From an uncultured Acidobacteriota bacterium (lineage in GTDB: Bacteria > Acidobacteriota > JAAYUB01): a stretch of DNA of 64,000 nt. The position numbers and the translations under genes were made by a program. The stretch spans positions 361,308-425,307 of the forward strand of contig CAYPNP010000002.1 of the NCBI GenBank assembly GCA_964412195.1. The letters are read 5' to 3'. Positions 8,056 to 17,802 of the stretch are shown piece by piece. Each line of letters begins with the position of its first letter. The first letter of the stretch is position 1. Below the pieces are notes generated by a model, which was not told the origin of the DNA, did no database searches, and saw nothing but the letters and a program-made list of their open reading frames with translations.

Positions 8056-10464
8056 CTACTGCCGGACTTTCCACTCGATGATCCCGCCGGAAAATCCCGG
8101 CTGGAGCCGGGCCCGGATCCGGATCGCGCCAGTGGTCACAGGCTTGAAATGGACCTCGTTGTAGCGGTCCTCGGCGGTTCCGTACGTATCCAGAGCCTCG
8201 GCAATTGCCCAATCGTCGCCGGACTTGTAGAGCACCTCCCAGGAGGCCGGCATGCGGGCGACGCAGTCGTACTGGTCCGTCACCAGCCAATAGACTTGGA
8301 CGTCGGAGATGGTCGTCTCGCCAGGAAAATCGTACTGCACCCATTCCTCCGTCCCGTTCTGGAGCCACCAGGTGAAGTAGGGTTTGGAGGTGTCGCGGGA
8401 GCTTTTCGGCTCGTACAGGTCATTCAGGCCGTCCGCATACCCCGCCGACGAGCTGGCCTTGCTCCGGGAAGCGAGGGTTGGCTCGGGCACCGGCAGGGCG
8501 GTCCCGACCGAGGCCGGGATCCAGACCGCCATCTCGTCCCGGCCGCGGTTGTTCCACAAGGCGTATGGAATGGCGTGGAACTTCCCTTTCACCGGATGGG
8601 GATGGCCTTCCGCCTCCCTCTCCAGGAAACCGCAAGTCCCCTCAAGGACCACCGCCCCGCCGAGGAAATCCGGCTTGTATTTCGCCTGGATCCCCTCCAC
8701 TGCCGGCAGGAAAGCGTTCATGACGTGGCCGCCCGGCTGGTCCTTCCCCTCCAGACAGAAAACCACGGGCCCCCGTTCCAGGGCGACCTTGCTGCGGTCG
8801 TCCTCCACGCCGGCATCGGCACGCACCGTTCGCACCGGCATGGGCAGGCGCAGCGCAACCCGGTCCCCGCGCCCCCAGCGCCGCTCGATCCGGGCGAACC
8901 CTCCCTCCAGCTTGATCTCGAACGGCCGTCCATTGACCGACAGCGTCGCCCTTTGCCTGTCGGCTGAGCTGAACGTGTACAGATCACTGGGAATGGGCTG
9001 GTTCCGGGCCCAGCCGGGGATCCGGACCATCAAGGAGAACTCCCGTTCCCGGTCTGGAGTGACGGTCAGCGATACATCCCCCTGCCATGGGTAACCCGTC
9101 TTCTGGGCAATCTCAATCTTTCCCCCACCATCCGTGATGGAAGCCCGGCCGGATACAAACAGGTTCACATAAATCTCCCGGCCGCTGACGGCGTAGGCGT
9201 AGCCGGGCACCGATGGGATGAACCGGGTGACGTTCCCCGGGCAGCAGGCGCAGCCGAACCAGGGCGCCCGCTCGTGGGAGCCGTTGGATTCCAGGGGATT
9301 GTCGTAGAAGAAGCGGTCGCCGCTCAGCGAAACGCCCGACAGGACGCCGTTGTAAAGGGCCCGCTCCAGGACGTCGATATATTTCGCGTCCCCGCTGAGC
9401 AGAAACATCCGGTAGTTCCAGAACACGTTGGCGATGGAGGCGCAGGTCTCGCAATAGGCGGTCAGGTTCGGCAGCTCGTAGTTGTCGCCGAAACCTTCCC
9501 CCGCGCCGCGCGCCCCCATCCCGCCGGTGAGGTAGAGCTTCTTCGAGACCAGGTTGTCCCACAGCCGGTCCAGGGCGGCCCGATACGCCTCGTTTCCGGT
9601 CAGGCGGGCCACGTCGGCGACGCCGGCGTACAGGTATCCCGCGCGGACCGCGTGCCCGACCATCTCGTCCTGATCGACAACCGGCTGGTGGTCCTGGCTG
9701 TAAGGGCTCAGCTTGTGCCCGTCCCGCCCCCGCCCGGTCTCCTCGATAAAGAAGCCCGCCAGTTCGAGGTAATCGCGCATGCCCGTCACGAGGTACAGCT
9801 TGACCAGGGCCATCTCGATGATCGGGTGGCCGGACGGGCATTTCCGCTGGCCGGGCCCGGGGCCGAACTCCCGCCGGACCAGGTCGGCGTTCTTCAGGGC
9901 CACGTCGAGCAGCGCCCGCTTGCCCGTGGCCTGGTAGTGCGCCACCGCGGCCTCGTACAGATGGCCGCAATTATACAGTTCGTGGCTGTTCAGCTTTTCC
10001 CACCGCGCCGCGCCCATCCAGCGCTCCAGCCGGGAACACTGGTTGGTCCGGCAGGTGTACAGGTATCCGTCATCCTCCTGGGCGGCGGCGATCAGGGCGA
10101 TGATCTTGTCCAGATACTGATCCAGCTTGGGATCCGGATGCGTGGCCAGGGAGTAGGAGGCGCCCTCGATGACCTTGTACACATCGGTGTCGTCGAACGG
10201 GTAGTCGCCCTTGTGCTCGCCCTGGATCAACCCGCCGGCCAGCGCGAAATTGTCCATCCGGCCGGTTTCCTCGCACTTCCGGAAGGCGGACGGGATGGAG
10301 ACAGTGCGGTTGGTCTCGATCCGCGGCCGCCAGAAATCGTCCTCAAAGTGCACCCGCGTGAACGGCACCGGCTGGATTTCGGCGCGTTCCGCTCCCCGAA
10401 CGTTCTTGCCGGCAAACATCACCGGAAGCCCGATCGCCACGAGAATCTGGACCGCCTTTCGCAT
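8056..10464 (-). CDS. glycoside hydrolase family 127-like (DUF1680, beta-L-arabinofuranosidase-like) with a C-terminal carbohydrate-binding-like domain; secreted
   Basis: Signal peptide MRKAVQILVAIGLPVMFA after a GGAGGA RBS. Motifs YCETCAS and GCACCPGN match the Glu/Cys3 zinc site of GH127 HypBA1. The upstream 49 codons of the track ORF are likely non-coding. Confidence 0.8.
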   Translation of the reverse strand: MRKAVQILVAIGLPVMFAGKNVRGAERAEIQPVPFTRVHFEDDFWRPRIETNRTVSIPSAFRKCEETGRMDNFALAGGLIQGEHKGDYPFDDTDVYKVIEGASYSLATHPDPKLDQYLDKIIALIAAAQEDDGYLYTCRTNQCSRLERWMGAARWEKLNSHELYNCGHLYEAAVAHYQATGKRALLDVALKNADLVRREFGPGPGQRKCPSGHPIIEMALVKLYLVTGMRDYLELAGFFIEETGRGRDGHKLSPYSQDHQPVVDQDEMVGHAVRAGYLYAGVADVARLTGNEAYRAALDRLWDNLVSKKLYLTGGMGARGAGEGFGDNYELPNLTAYCETCASIANVFWNYRMFLLSGDAKYIDVLERALYNGVLSGVSLSGDRFFYDNPLESNGSHERAPWFGCACCPGNVTRFIPSVPGYAYAVSGREIYVNLFVSGRASITDGGGKIEIAQKTGYPWQGDVSLTVTPDREREFSLMVRIPGWARNQPIPSDLYTFSSADRQRATLSVNGRPFEIKLEGGFARIERRWGRGDRVALRLPMPVRTVRADAGVEDDRSKVALERGPVVFCLEGKDQPGGHVMNAFLPAVEGIQAKYKPDFLGGAVVLEGTCGFLEREAEGHPHPVKGKFHAIPYALWNNRGRDEMAVWIPASVGTALPVPEPTLASRSKASSSAGYADGLNDLYEPKSSRDTSKPYFTWWLQNGTEEWVQYDFPGETTISDVQVYWLVTDQYDCVARMPASWEVLYKSGDDWAIAEALDTYGTAEDRYNEVHFKPVTTGAIRIRARLQPGFSGGIIEWKVRQ

Positions 10465-10708
10465 TTTCACGTTGATTCCTCCAATCATGTACGCCCGAAA
10501 GCGGGTGTGGGATCGCCCCCCATTTATCCCTCTCCGCTGGCGGAATGTCAATCCCGGCGACGCTTTCCCCCCGCGGCCGTCCCGGTGGAGGATCCTGTCC
10601 GGACATGACATTTACCCCTCCCGGTCACAAAATACTTCTTTCTCCTTCGCAAATCTGATATAAAGTGTTGTTTGATTGTTTTATGCATTTTGTAATGGAG
10701 GCAAGCGT

Positions 10709-11287
10709 ATGACGACTTACTTGGAGGTTCGCTGGCACGGGCGCGGCGGCCAGGGGACAGTCACCGGCGCCAAGACCCTCGCCGAGGCGATCCTGAACGT
10801 CGGCAAACATATCCAGGCGTTTCCCGAGTACGGACCCGAGCGGCGCGGTGCGCCGGTCCGGGTGTACAACCGGTTTTCGAGCAATCCGATCCGGGTGCAC
10901 ACCCCCGTGAAAACCCCGGACGTCATCATCGTGGTCGATCCAACCCTCATCGGCGCGGCGGACCTCACCGGCGGCGCCAAGGACAATTCGATCTTCCTGA
11001 TCAACTCCACCGAGGAGGCCCCGGCCCTGCGCAAGAAACTCGGACTTCTGCCCACCCAGAAGCTGTTCATCATCCCGGCGACCAAGATCAGCGTGGAGGA
11101 GATCGGGCGGGCCCTGCCGAACGTCCCGATGCTCGGCGGATTCACCAAGGCCGTGCCCATGATCGGCATCGACGAGCTGATGAAGGAGATCCGCGAGAGC
11201 TTCGAGGGCAAGTTCCCGGAAAAAATCATCGAGGGTAACCTCGCGGCCACCCGCCGTGGGTACGAGGAGGCAAAGAGCGATGTTTAA
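10709..11287 (+). CDS. porG: pyruvate:ferredoxin oxidoreductase gamma subunit
   Basis: MTTYLEVRWHGRGGQGTVTGAKTLAEA is the PorC/gamma signature. First gene of a 4-gene por cluster; GGAGG RBS. Confidence 0.85.
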   Translation: MTTYLEVRWHGRGGQGTVTGAKTLAEAILNVGKHIQAFPEYGPERRGAPVRVYNRFSSNPIRVHTPVKTPDVIIVVDPTLIGAADLTGGAKDNSIFLINSTEEAPALRKKLGLLPTQKLFIIPATKISVEEIGRALPNVPMLGGFTKAVPMIGIDELMKEIRESFEGKFPEKIIEGNLAATRRGYEEAKSDV

Positions 11288-11570
11288 GCTGAAGAACTGG
11301 AAGGAAGTTCCCATCGGCGGCGCCGTGGACCAGCCGGGATCCGCCATGGAGAACAAGACCGGCTCCTGGCGCGTCGAGCGCCCGATCTGGGACGAGGCCA
11401 AATGCATCCACTGCCTGCGCTGCTGGGTGTTCTGCCCCGACATGAGCATCAACACGGTCGACGGCAAGATGACCGGCATGAACTACGAGTACTGCAAGGG
11501 CTGCGGGATCTGCGCCCAGGTGTGCCCCGAAAAGGTCAAGGCCATCACCATGCAGCCGGAAGAACAGTAA
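11280..11570 (+). CDS. porD: pyruvate:ferredoxin oxidoreductase delta subunit (2x[4Fe-4S] ferredoxin)
   Basis: Two cysteine clusters, CIHCLRCWVFCP and CKGCGICAQVCP. Start overlaps the porG stop. Confidence 0.85.
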   Translation: MFKLKNWKEVPIGGAVDQPGSAMENKTGSWRVERPIWDEAKCIHCLRCWVFCPDMSINTVDGKMTGMNYEYCKGCGICAQVCPEKVKAITMQPEEQ

Positions 11571-11586
11571 GAAGGAGGCACACACC

Positions 11587-12768
11587 ATGGCAAAAATCGT
11601 CGCAACCACCGGCAACTCCGCCATCGCCTACGCGATGAAGCAGATCAACCCGGACGTCTGCGCCGCCTACCCGATCACCCCCTCCACCCAGGTCATGGAG
11701 GAGTTCTCGAAGTACGTGGCCGACGGCGTCGTCAACACCAACCTGGTCGCCGTCGAGAGCGAGCACAGCGCCATGAGCGCCTGCGTGGGCGCCGCGGCCG
11801 CGGGCGGGCGGGTCATCACCGCCACCAGCGCCAACGGCATGGCCCTGATGTGGGAGATGCTCTACATCGCCGCGGGCATGCGCCTGCCCATCACCCTGGC
11901 CCTCGTCAACCGCGCCCTTAGCGCCCCCATCAACATCCACTGCGACCACAGCGACTCCTTCGGCGCGCGCGACACCGGCTGGATCCAGCTGTACTCCGAG
12001 AACGCCCAGGAAGCCTACGACAACATGATCATGGCCATCCGGATCGGCGAGCACAACGACGTCCGCCTGCCCGTGATGGTCTGCCAAGACGGCTTCATCA
12101 TCAGCCACTCCATCGAACGGATGGAGTACCTCGAGGACGAACAGGTCCAGAAATTCGTCGGGCCCTTCCAGCCGAAGTACGCCCTGCTCGACTACGACAA
12201 TCCCGTCACGCTCGGCTCGCTGGACCTGCAGGACTACTACATCGAGCACAAGCGCGAGCAGCACGAGGCCTACAAGCGGGCCCTGCCGGTGATCGACCAG
12301 GTGACCAAGGAATTCGCGGCGCTGACCGGCCGCTCCTATGGCATGTTCGAATCCTACCGGCTGGATGACGCCGAGATCGCCGTCGTGGTCGTCAACTCCT
12401 CCGCCGGCACGATGAAGGACATCGTCGACCAGTACCGGAGCAAGGGCGTCAAGGTCGGCCTCCTGAAGCCCCGCGTCTACCGGCCCTTCCCGATGGCGCA
12501 CTACGCCAAGGCGCTCGGCCACCTGAAGGCGCTGACCGTGCTGGATCGGGTGGACTCCTTCGGCGCGCCGGCCGGCCCGCTGGCCATGGAAGTACGCTCC
12601 GCGCTGTACGACCTCCCGAAGCGCCCCGTCACCATCAGCAAGATTTACGGCCTGGGCGGACGCGACCTCGAGGAGCAGCACTGCCAGTACGTCCTTGACG
12701 AGCTGGTGCAGGTCGCCCAGACCGGCAAGTATGCCAATCTCTGTGAATACATCACAGTGCGCGAATAG
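11587..12768 (+). CDS. porA: pyruvate:ferredoxin oxidoreductase alpha subunit
   Basis: MAKIVATTGNSAIAYAMKQINPDVCAAYPITPST and overall POR alpha similarity. Confidence 0.9.
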   Translation: MAKIVATTGNSAIAYAMKQINPDVCAAYPITPSTQVMEEFSKYVADGVVNTNLVAVESEHSAMSACVGAAAAGGRVITATSANGMALMWEMLYIAAGMRLPITLALVNRALSAPINIHCDHSDSFGARDTGWIQLYSENAQEAYDNMIMAIRIGEHNDVRLPVMVCQDGFIISHSIERMEYLEDEQVQKFVGPFQPKYALLDYDNPVTLGSLDLQDYYIEHKREQHEAYKRALPVIDQVTKEFAALTGRSYGMFESYRLDDAEIAVVVVNSSAGTMKDIVDQYRSKGVKVGLLKPRVYRPFPMAHYAKALGHLKALTVLDRVDSFGAPAGPLAMEVRSALYDLPKRPVTISKIYGLGGRDLEEQHCQYVLDELVQVAQTGKYANLCEYITVRE

Positions 12769-12789
12769 TGTGAGGAACGAGGTGTAACC

Positions 12790-13734
12790 ATGGCAACCCT
12801 GAAAGAACTGTCCAAGAAACCGGACTACTTCACCGCAGGACACCGGCTCTGCGCCGGCTGCGGCATCCCGATCATCCCGAAGCTGCTCTACAAGGTGACG
12901 GACTACGACATCATCGTGTCCAGCGCCACCGGCTGCTTCGAGGTGGCCACCACCATCTACCCCTATACCTCGTGGCTCAAGCCGTTCGTCCACAGCGCGT
13001 TCGAGAACTCGGCCGCCACCATCAGCGGCGTGGAGGCCATGTACCAATCCCTGAAGAAGCAGGGCAAGATCCCCGCCGAGCGGAAGCTCAAGTTCGTGGC
13101 CTTCGGCGGCGACGGCGGCACGTACGATATCGGCCTGCAGTCGCTGTCCGGCGCCCTCGAGCGCGGCCACGACATCCTGTACATCTGCTACGACAACGGC
13201 GCGTACATGAACACCGGCATCCAGCGCTCCAGCGCCACCCCCTACGGGGCGGCCACCACGACCTCCCCCGCCGGCAAGGTCATCCCGGGCAAGATGCAGA
13301 AACGCAAGGACCTGACCAACATCGCCGCCGCCCACCACGTCGAGTTCGTGGGCCAGAGCGCCGTCAGCCACTGGAACGACCTGGCCACCAAGCTCAAGAA
13401 GGGCCTGGACGTGGACGGCCCGGCGTTCCTGAACGTGATCTCGCCGTGCGTGCCGGGCTGGATGACGCCCTCCGACCAGAGCATCGAGATCACCCGGCTC
13501 GCCGTGGAAACCTGCTACTGGCCACTGTTCGAGGTGGAAAATGGCGTGCTCAAGATCAACTACAAGCCCAAGACCAAGCTGCCGGTCCGCGAGTGGACCA
13601 AGACGCAGGGCCGCTTCCGCCACCTGAGCAAGCCGGAGTTCTCTTACGTCCTCGACGAGCTGCAGCGCCAGGTGGACGAGTACTGGGAGTACCTGCTCCG
13701 CCAGGAAGCCCTGACGGCCCCCGCCGCCAAGTAA
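12790..13734 (+). CDS. porB: pyruvate:ferredoxin oxidoreductase beta subunit (TPP-binding)
   Basis: CAGCG motif and a GDGG TPP-binding motif (FGGDGGTYDIG). Confidence 0.9.
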   Translation: MATLKELSKKPDYFTAGHRLCAGCGIPIIPKLLYKVTDYDIIVSSATGCFEVATTIYPYTSWLKPFVHSAFENSAATISGVEAMYQSLKKQGKIPAERKLKFVAFGGDGGTYDIGLQSLSGALERGHDILYICYDNGAYMNTGIQRSSATPYGAATTTSPAGKVIPGKMQKRKDLTNIAAAHHVEFVGQSAVSHWNDLATKLKKGLDVDGPAFLNVISPCVPGWMTPSDQSIEITRLAVETCYWPLFEVENGVLKINYKPKTKLPVREWTKTQGRFRHLSKPEFSYVLDELQRQVDEYWEYLLRQEALTAPAAK

Positions 13735-13754
13735 CATCCCGACAAATCCTCGCC

Positions 13755-13790
13755 GGGCGGGAATCCTCCGATTCCCGCCCGTTTCATTTC
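13755..13790. terminator. bidirectional rho-independent terminator between the convergent porB and STAS genes
   Basis: GGGCGGGAATC-ctcc-GATTCCCGCCC hairpin followed by a T-rich tract. Confidence 0.5.
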
Positions 13791-13907
13791 CGGCTGCTCC
13801 GGGAAGGCGGGTCGATGACCGACAAGCAGTCCAGGCCGGCTATCCCGGATGGGGTACGGGAAACGCCGGCGACTGCCGGCGTCCATCGGATCGTTGGGCG
13901 CGGAGGC

Positions 13908-14252
13908 TCAGGGCTTGAGGAAGGAGGCGATGGCGTCCCGCTCGCTGCTGTAGGATTCGAACACCGTGAGCAGCTTGGTCATCTGCAGGAGATTGGAAAC
14001 CTTCTGGGACGCCCGCACCAGCTTGACGCTGCCCCCCTGGGCGTTGACGGTCGTGTAGCAGTTGACCAGTTCGCCGATGCCGGAGCTGTCCAGGTACGAG
14101 ACGTCTTCCAGGTTCAGCAGGATGTTGCGGAATCCGTCGTTCATGACGTCCCGGATGGTGTTCCGGAAGTTGTACAGGGCCTCGCCGATGACCACGCGGC
14201 CGGCGAGGTCCACCACCGCGACGTTGCTGATTTTGCGCACCGCGACGTTCAT
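13908..14252 (-). CDS. STAS-domain anti-sigma-factor antagonist (SpoIIAA/RsbV-like)
   Basis: Conserved phosphorylatable-serine context DLEDVSYLDSSGIGELV; 114 aa. Confidence 0.8.
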   Translation of the reverse strand: MNVAVRKISNVAVVDLAGRVVIGEALYNFRNTIRDVMNDGFRNILLNLEDVSYLDSSGIGELVNCYTTVNAQGGSVKLVRASQKVSNLLQMTKLLTVFESYSSERDAIASFLKP

Positions 14253-14253
14253 G

Positions 14254-14700
14254 TCAGTTGCTTTCCACCTGCTTCTGGAAAGATAGCTTCTTTTCCATGA
14301 CCACCGAAGTCCCGGCGGAGATCCCGCGCCGGAACGACACGTTGTCCATGAAGGACCGGATGTAGAAAATCCCGCGCCCCGAAGGCTTCAGGATGTTCTC
14401 GTCGTTCAGGGGATTCGGCACCTCGTCCACGTTGAAGCCCTTCCCCTCGTCGGTCACTTCCACGTGAAGCGTGCTGTCGTCGATCCGGACCAGCAGCTGG
14501 ACATACTTCTCGGGATTGAACTGGTTGCCGTGCTTGATGGCGTTGATGACCGCCTCCCGCACGGCCAGGGAGATCCAGAACACCTCGTCCTCGATCACCG
14601 AGAACTTGTGGAGGATTCTCTGCACCACGTCCTGCGTCAGATCGATGAAGAACAGCTCGCTGATGAATCGCAGGCTGATCAGCTCTTGGTGCACATCCAT
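14254..14700 (-). CDS. anti-sigma regulatory factor serine kinase (RsbW/SpoIIAB-like GHKL ATPase)
   Basis: HATPase_c motifs (AVINAIKHGN, DEGKGF, GRGIF). It lies directly upstream of, and is translationally coupled to, the STAS gene. Confidence 0.75.
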   Translation of the reverse strand: MDVHQELISLRFISELFFIDLTQDVVQRILHKFSVIEDEVFWISLAVREAVINAIKHGNQFNPEKYVQLLVRIDDSTLHVEVTDEGKGFNVDEVPNPLNDENILKPSGRGIFYIRSFMDNVSFRRGISAGTSVVMEKKLSFQKQVESN

Positions 14701-15041
14701 CGACCGGAGCTCCCATGATGAGATATCATAAACTTACCCCGCCCCCCCAGAGTTGTCAAGCAGGAAACGCCTCGTCCTACGATAGGCGCATGGACCAATG
14801 GCGCCTCCTCCGCACCAGGGGCCCGCTCGCCGGGAGCCAGTGGGTGCTGCCAGCAGGCGAATCCGTCCGGATCGGTCGGGCGCCGGGCAACCGGATTGCC
14901 ATCCCCGACGCGGCCTTGTCTTGACAACGCAGACCGGGAACACCTGCAGCCGGCCGACTGGAAATGGCACCTGGGCACCGGCGACTGTTTCAAGGGAATT
15001 CACTTCGACCGGGTGGAAAAGGCCATCCTGGAGCGGATCGT

Positions 15042-16622
15042 TCAGACCATCAGGGGCTTGGGGGGATCTCCCTCCACCGATCCGAGTTGAAGGATCTGGA
15101 CCACCTTCTTCTGAAACTCTTGAAGACTGAACGGCTTGCCGATGAATCCGGCCGCTCCCTGGCTGAGCAGGTCCCGGTTCTGGGACATGTAATCCTGCCC
15201 GCTGACGAAGAGGACCGGCAGGTTGGGCAGCAGCCGGCGGATCTGCTGGAAGATGTCGATTCCGGACATGTCCTCCAGCACCATGTCGAGGATCACCAGC
15301 CGGATCTCCTTCCCTTCCTGAACCATGGCTTCGAGAGCCTCCTCCCCCGACTTGGCGGGGATGACCCGGAGCCCGATCTCGCCGAGGATCCGCTTCATGA
15401 TTTCCAGGATGTCCGGTTCATCATCCACCACCAGCACCGAGGCCGGCTTCATCCTGGGGGGGCTTTTCCGGCGTTTCTCCACTCCCGCGGAAGCCCCGAC
15501 CGCCGGCATGGTGTAGGCGGGCAGGAACATTTTCACCGTGGTCCCCTTGCCCCGCTTGCTGGACAAGCGGATTTCACCCCCGTGGGCCTGGACGATGCCG
15601 AGCGCGACCGGCAGGCCCAGGCCGAGGCTCTCGCTGCTCTGCTTGGTGGTGAAGAACGGTTCGAAGGCCTGGGCCACTTCTTCGCCGTCCATGCCCCGGC
15701 CACTGTCGGCGATGGCGATCTGGACCGCCTGGTACATTTCCACGGACTGGAAGGCGTCGGGCGTCGAGATCCGCCGCCGTTTCAGCGCCGCCTGGATGGT
15801 GATGCGGCCCGGCCTCCCGCCGTAAGACTCGACCGCGTTCAGGAAAACGTTTTCAATCGCCTCCATCAACTGGAAGCGGTCCCCCATCAGATATATCCGC
15901 CGATTCATCGGACTGACCTCGAACGCCACCGAGTGCTTCTGCGCCACCGGAGTCATCTTCTCGACCACCTCCTGCAGCAGAGCGTTCACCTCCACCGGCG
16001 CGGTGAAGGACCGGTCCCGGCCCGAAAAAGAGGAGAGCCTCCGGTTCACGTCGGCTCCCCGCTCCGCCAGTCTCTCGATACCAACGGCGTAGGCCGCGAT
16101 GGGCGACTTGCTGTCGTCCAGCCACTGCCGGATCAGCCCGGCGTACCCCTTGATCCCCGCCAGGATGTTGTTGAAATTGTGGGTGATCCCGGCAGTGAGA
16201 GTGACGAGGGACTGGTATTTTTCCATTTCCAGGTTCTGGCGGTACAGTGCCAGGTTCCGGGAGCTGTCGTAGAAATGCAGGAGGTACTCGTATCGTTTCT
16301 TGGAGGGAAGCGGCATGAAGTCCAGGTCGAACCGGATGCTGCCCCCGCCGGCGCCCTTGCCGGCGCCGAAGAAGGCGGCGCTTCGCCGAGAGCGTCGCTG
16401 GATGAGCTGCAGCAACCGGGAGGCAATCCTCGTTTCCAGCCGGGCCAGCAGTTCGGCCGCGCTGCCGATCTCGCCGAACCAGGCGGTGAACTGGCGGTTG
16501 ACGAAAACGATCTCCCCCGCACCGTCCAGGCAGGCAACCGGATCCACCCAGAAATTCAATTGGCAGGTCTTCAAGCAGTCCGGGAAATGATCAGCCGACT
16601 TTGCCCCTGTCCGCTTGGCCAT
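15042..16622 (-). CDS. hybrid sensor histidine kinase / response regulator (PAS-like + HisKA + HATPase + REC)
   Basis: H-box ITHNFNNILAGI, the G-box region, and a C-terminal receiver domain (VLVVDDEPDILE...ILDMVLEDMSG...KPF). Confidence 0.8.
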   Translation of the reverse strand: MAKRTGAKSADHFPDCLKTCQLNFWVDPVACLDGAGEIVFVNRQFTAWFGEIGSAAELLARLETRIASRLLQLIQRRSRRSAAFFGAGKGAGGGSIRFDLDFMPLPSKKRYEYLLHFYDSSRNLALYRQNLEMEKYQSLVTLTAGITHNFNNILAGIKGYAGLIRQWLDDSKSPIAAYAVGIERLAERGADVNRRLSSFSGRDRSFTAPVEVNALLQEVVEKMTPVAQKHSVAFEVSPMNRRIYLMGDRFQLMEAIENVFLNAVESYGGRPGRITIQAALKRRRISTPDAFQSVEMYQAVQIAIADSGRGMDGEEVAQAFEPFFTTKQSSESLGLGLPVALGIVQAHGGEIRLSSKRGKGTTVKMFLPAYTMPAVGASAGVEKRRKSPPRMKPASVLVVDDEPDILEIMKRILGEIGLRVIPAKSGEEALEAMVQEGKEIRLVILDMVLEDMSGIDIFQQIRRLLPNLPVLFVSGQDYMSQNRDLLSQGAAGFIGKPFSLQEFQKKVVQILQLGSVEGDPPKPLMV

Positions 16623-16791
16623 ACACCCCCTTGACAGCCCGTTCAGAATGACTCCGTTCGGATTTTATCCACATCCGCCCCGCTTGCCAAGCAAAATCCT
16701 TTTCCCGCACGGCTGCAGCTCGAATTTCCGCTTTCATTTTTTTAAAAAATGTTTACAATTGTTGTGATTTTTCCAAGGAGGCATCAAATTT

Positions 16792-17745
16792 ATGAGCGAC
16801 CAACCGAAAGGCCCGGGCGTTCCGCCCCCTCCGCCGGTGAACGACCCCATGTTCCGGACCCTCGACAAGACCGGTCCGCTGGAAAAAGCCGTCCGCAACG
16901 CCAAGAAGGAAGGCGGCGGCTCCTGGCTCATCCCGGGGATCCTGTTCGCCTGCGTCTTCCTGCTGCTCGCGTACTGCATCTTCCTGACCGTGATGAACAA
17001 CAAGGCGGATGACAAGATCCTGCAGCTGACCAAGGACCTCGACTCCTCGGACAACCGGATCGACCAGCTGGAGGAGCAGATCTACAAGACCCAGAATGAG
17101 CTGGCCAAGCAGATCGATGCTACCAGCCGGGAGCTGTCCTCCGTCCAGCAGCAGCAGTCCCAGCAGGTGGCTCGGCTGAGCGACGAGATGGCGAGGAAAG
17201 CCGGCAAGGAGGAAGTCGCCTCCGTCAATCGGAAGACGGAGACGATCGGCTCGACGGTGGGCACCCTCAAGGACAACCTCCAGAACGTCGACCAGTCCGT
17301 CAAGCAGGTGGACACCAAGGTGGGCGACCTGGGCCAGAAGGTCGAAGAACAGGGCAAAACCATCGAGGAGCAGCGCAAGCTGATCGAACAGAACATCCAC
17401 AACATCAACGCCACCCGCGAGATGCTGGACCAGACCACAAACAGCCTGATGAACCTGAAGACATCCCTCGACCGGGACTACTTCGTGTTCCAGTTGACGA
17501 AGAAGGCCGGGATCATCCGGGTGAAGGACGTGGGGCTGCGGTTGAAGAAGACCAAGCAGAAGGACCAGAACTTCGACATCGAGATCTTCTACGACGACCA
17601 GAAGATGGCGAAGAAGAAGGTCGCAGCCAACGAGCCCGTGTACTTCTTCAAGATGGGATACAAGAAACCCTATGAGATGGTCTGCACCAAGGTGCAGGAC
17701 GACCAGATCCAGGGCTACATCTCCGTCCCGAAAGTCACCGACTGA
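16792..17745 (+). CDS. membrane-anchored coiled-coil protein, hypothetical
   Basis: Pro-rich N-terminus, one TM helix, a long Q/K/E-rich coiled coil, and a C-terminal beta domain. AAGGAGG RBS with an AT-rich promoter region upstream. Confidence 0.6.
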   Translation: MSDQPKGPGVPPPPPVNDPMFRTLDKTGPLEKAVRNAKKEGGGSWLIPGILFACVFLLLAYCIFLTVMNNKADDKILQLTKDLDSSDNRIDQLEEQIYKTQNELAKQIDATSRELSSVQQQQSQQVARLSDEMARKAGKEEVASVNRKTETIGSTVGTLKDNLQNVDQSVKQVDTKVGDLGQKVEEQGKTIEEQRKLIEQNIHNINATREMLDQTTNSLMNLKTSLDRDYFVFQLTKKAGIIRVKDVGLRLKKTKQKDQNFDIEIFYDDQKMAKKKVAANEPVYFFKMGYKKPYEMVCTKVQDDQIQGYISVPKVTD

Positions 17746-17802
17746 CCATAAACGCCCGCAGGCCGCCGTCCCCGCCGGCGGCGGCCCCGCGGACACCTCG
17801 CC

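Noticed and set aside
11545-13737. 730-aa reverse-strand ORF and similar long antisense ORFs (525-1970, 3930-5192, 19671-21662, 48465-51422, 54747-57656, 37386-39104, and others)
   Set aside because: They overlap well-supported conserved genes on the opposite strand (porA/porB, dnaJ/htpX, the TPR protein, the TonB-dependent receptor, and others). Their proteins are Arg/Gly/Pro-rich low-complexity sequences typical of open antisense frames in high-GC DNA.
14700-15042. Small ORFs (14715-14924 +, 14896-15090 +, 14734-15003 -) in the 340-bp gap between the RsbW-like kinase and the hybrid kinase
   Set aside because: Weak coding bias, mutually overlapping, and no family resemblance. The region is treated as a promoter/regulatory spacer; it contains an inverted TTGTCAAG/CTTGACAA pair 160 bp apart.
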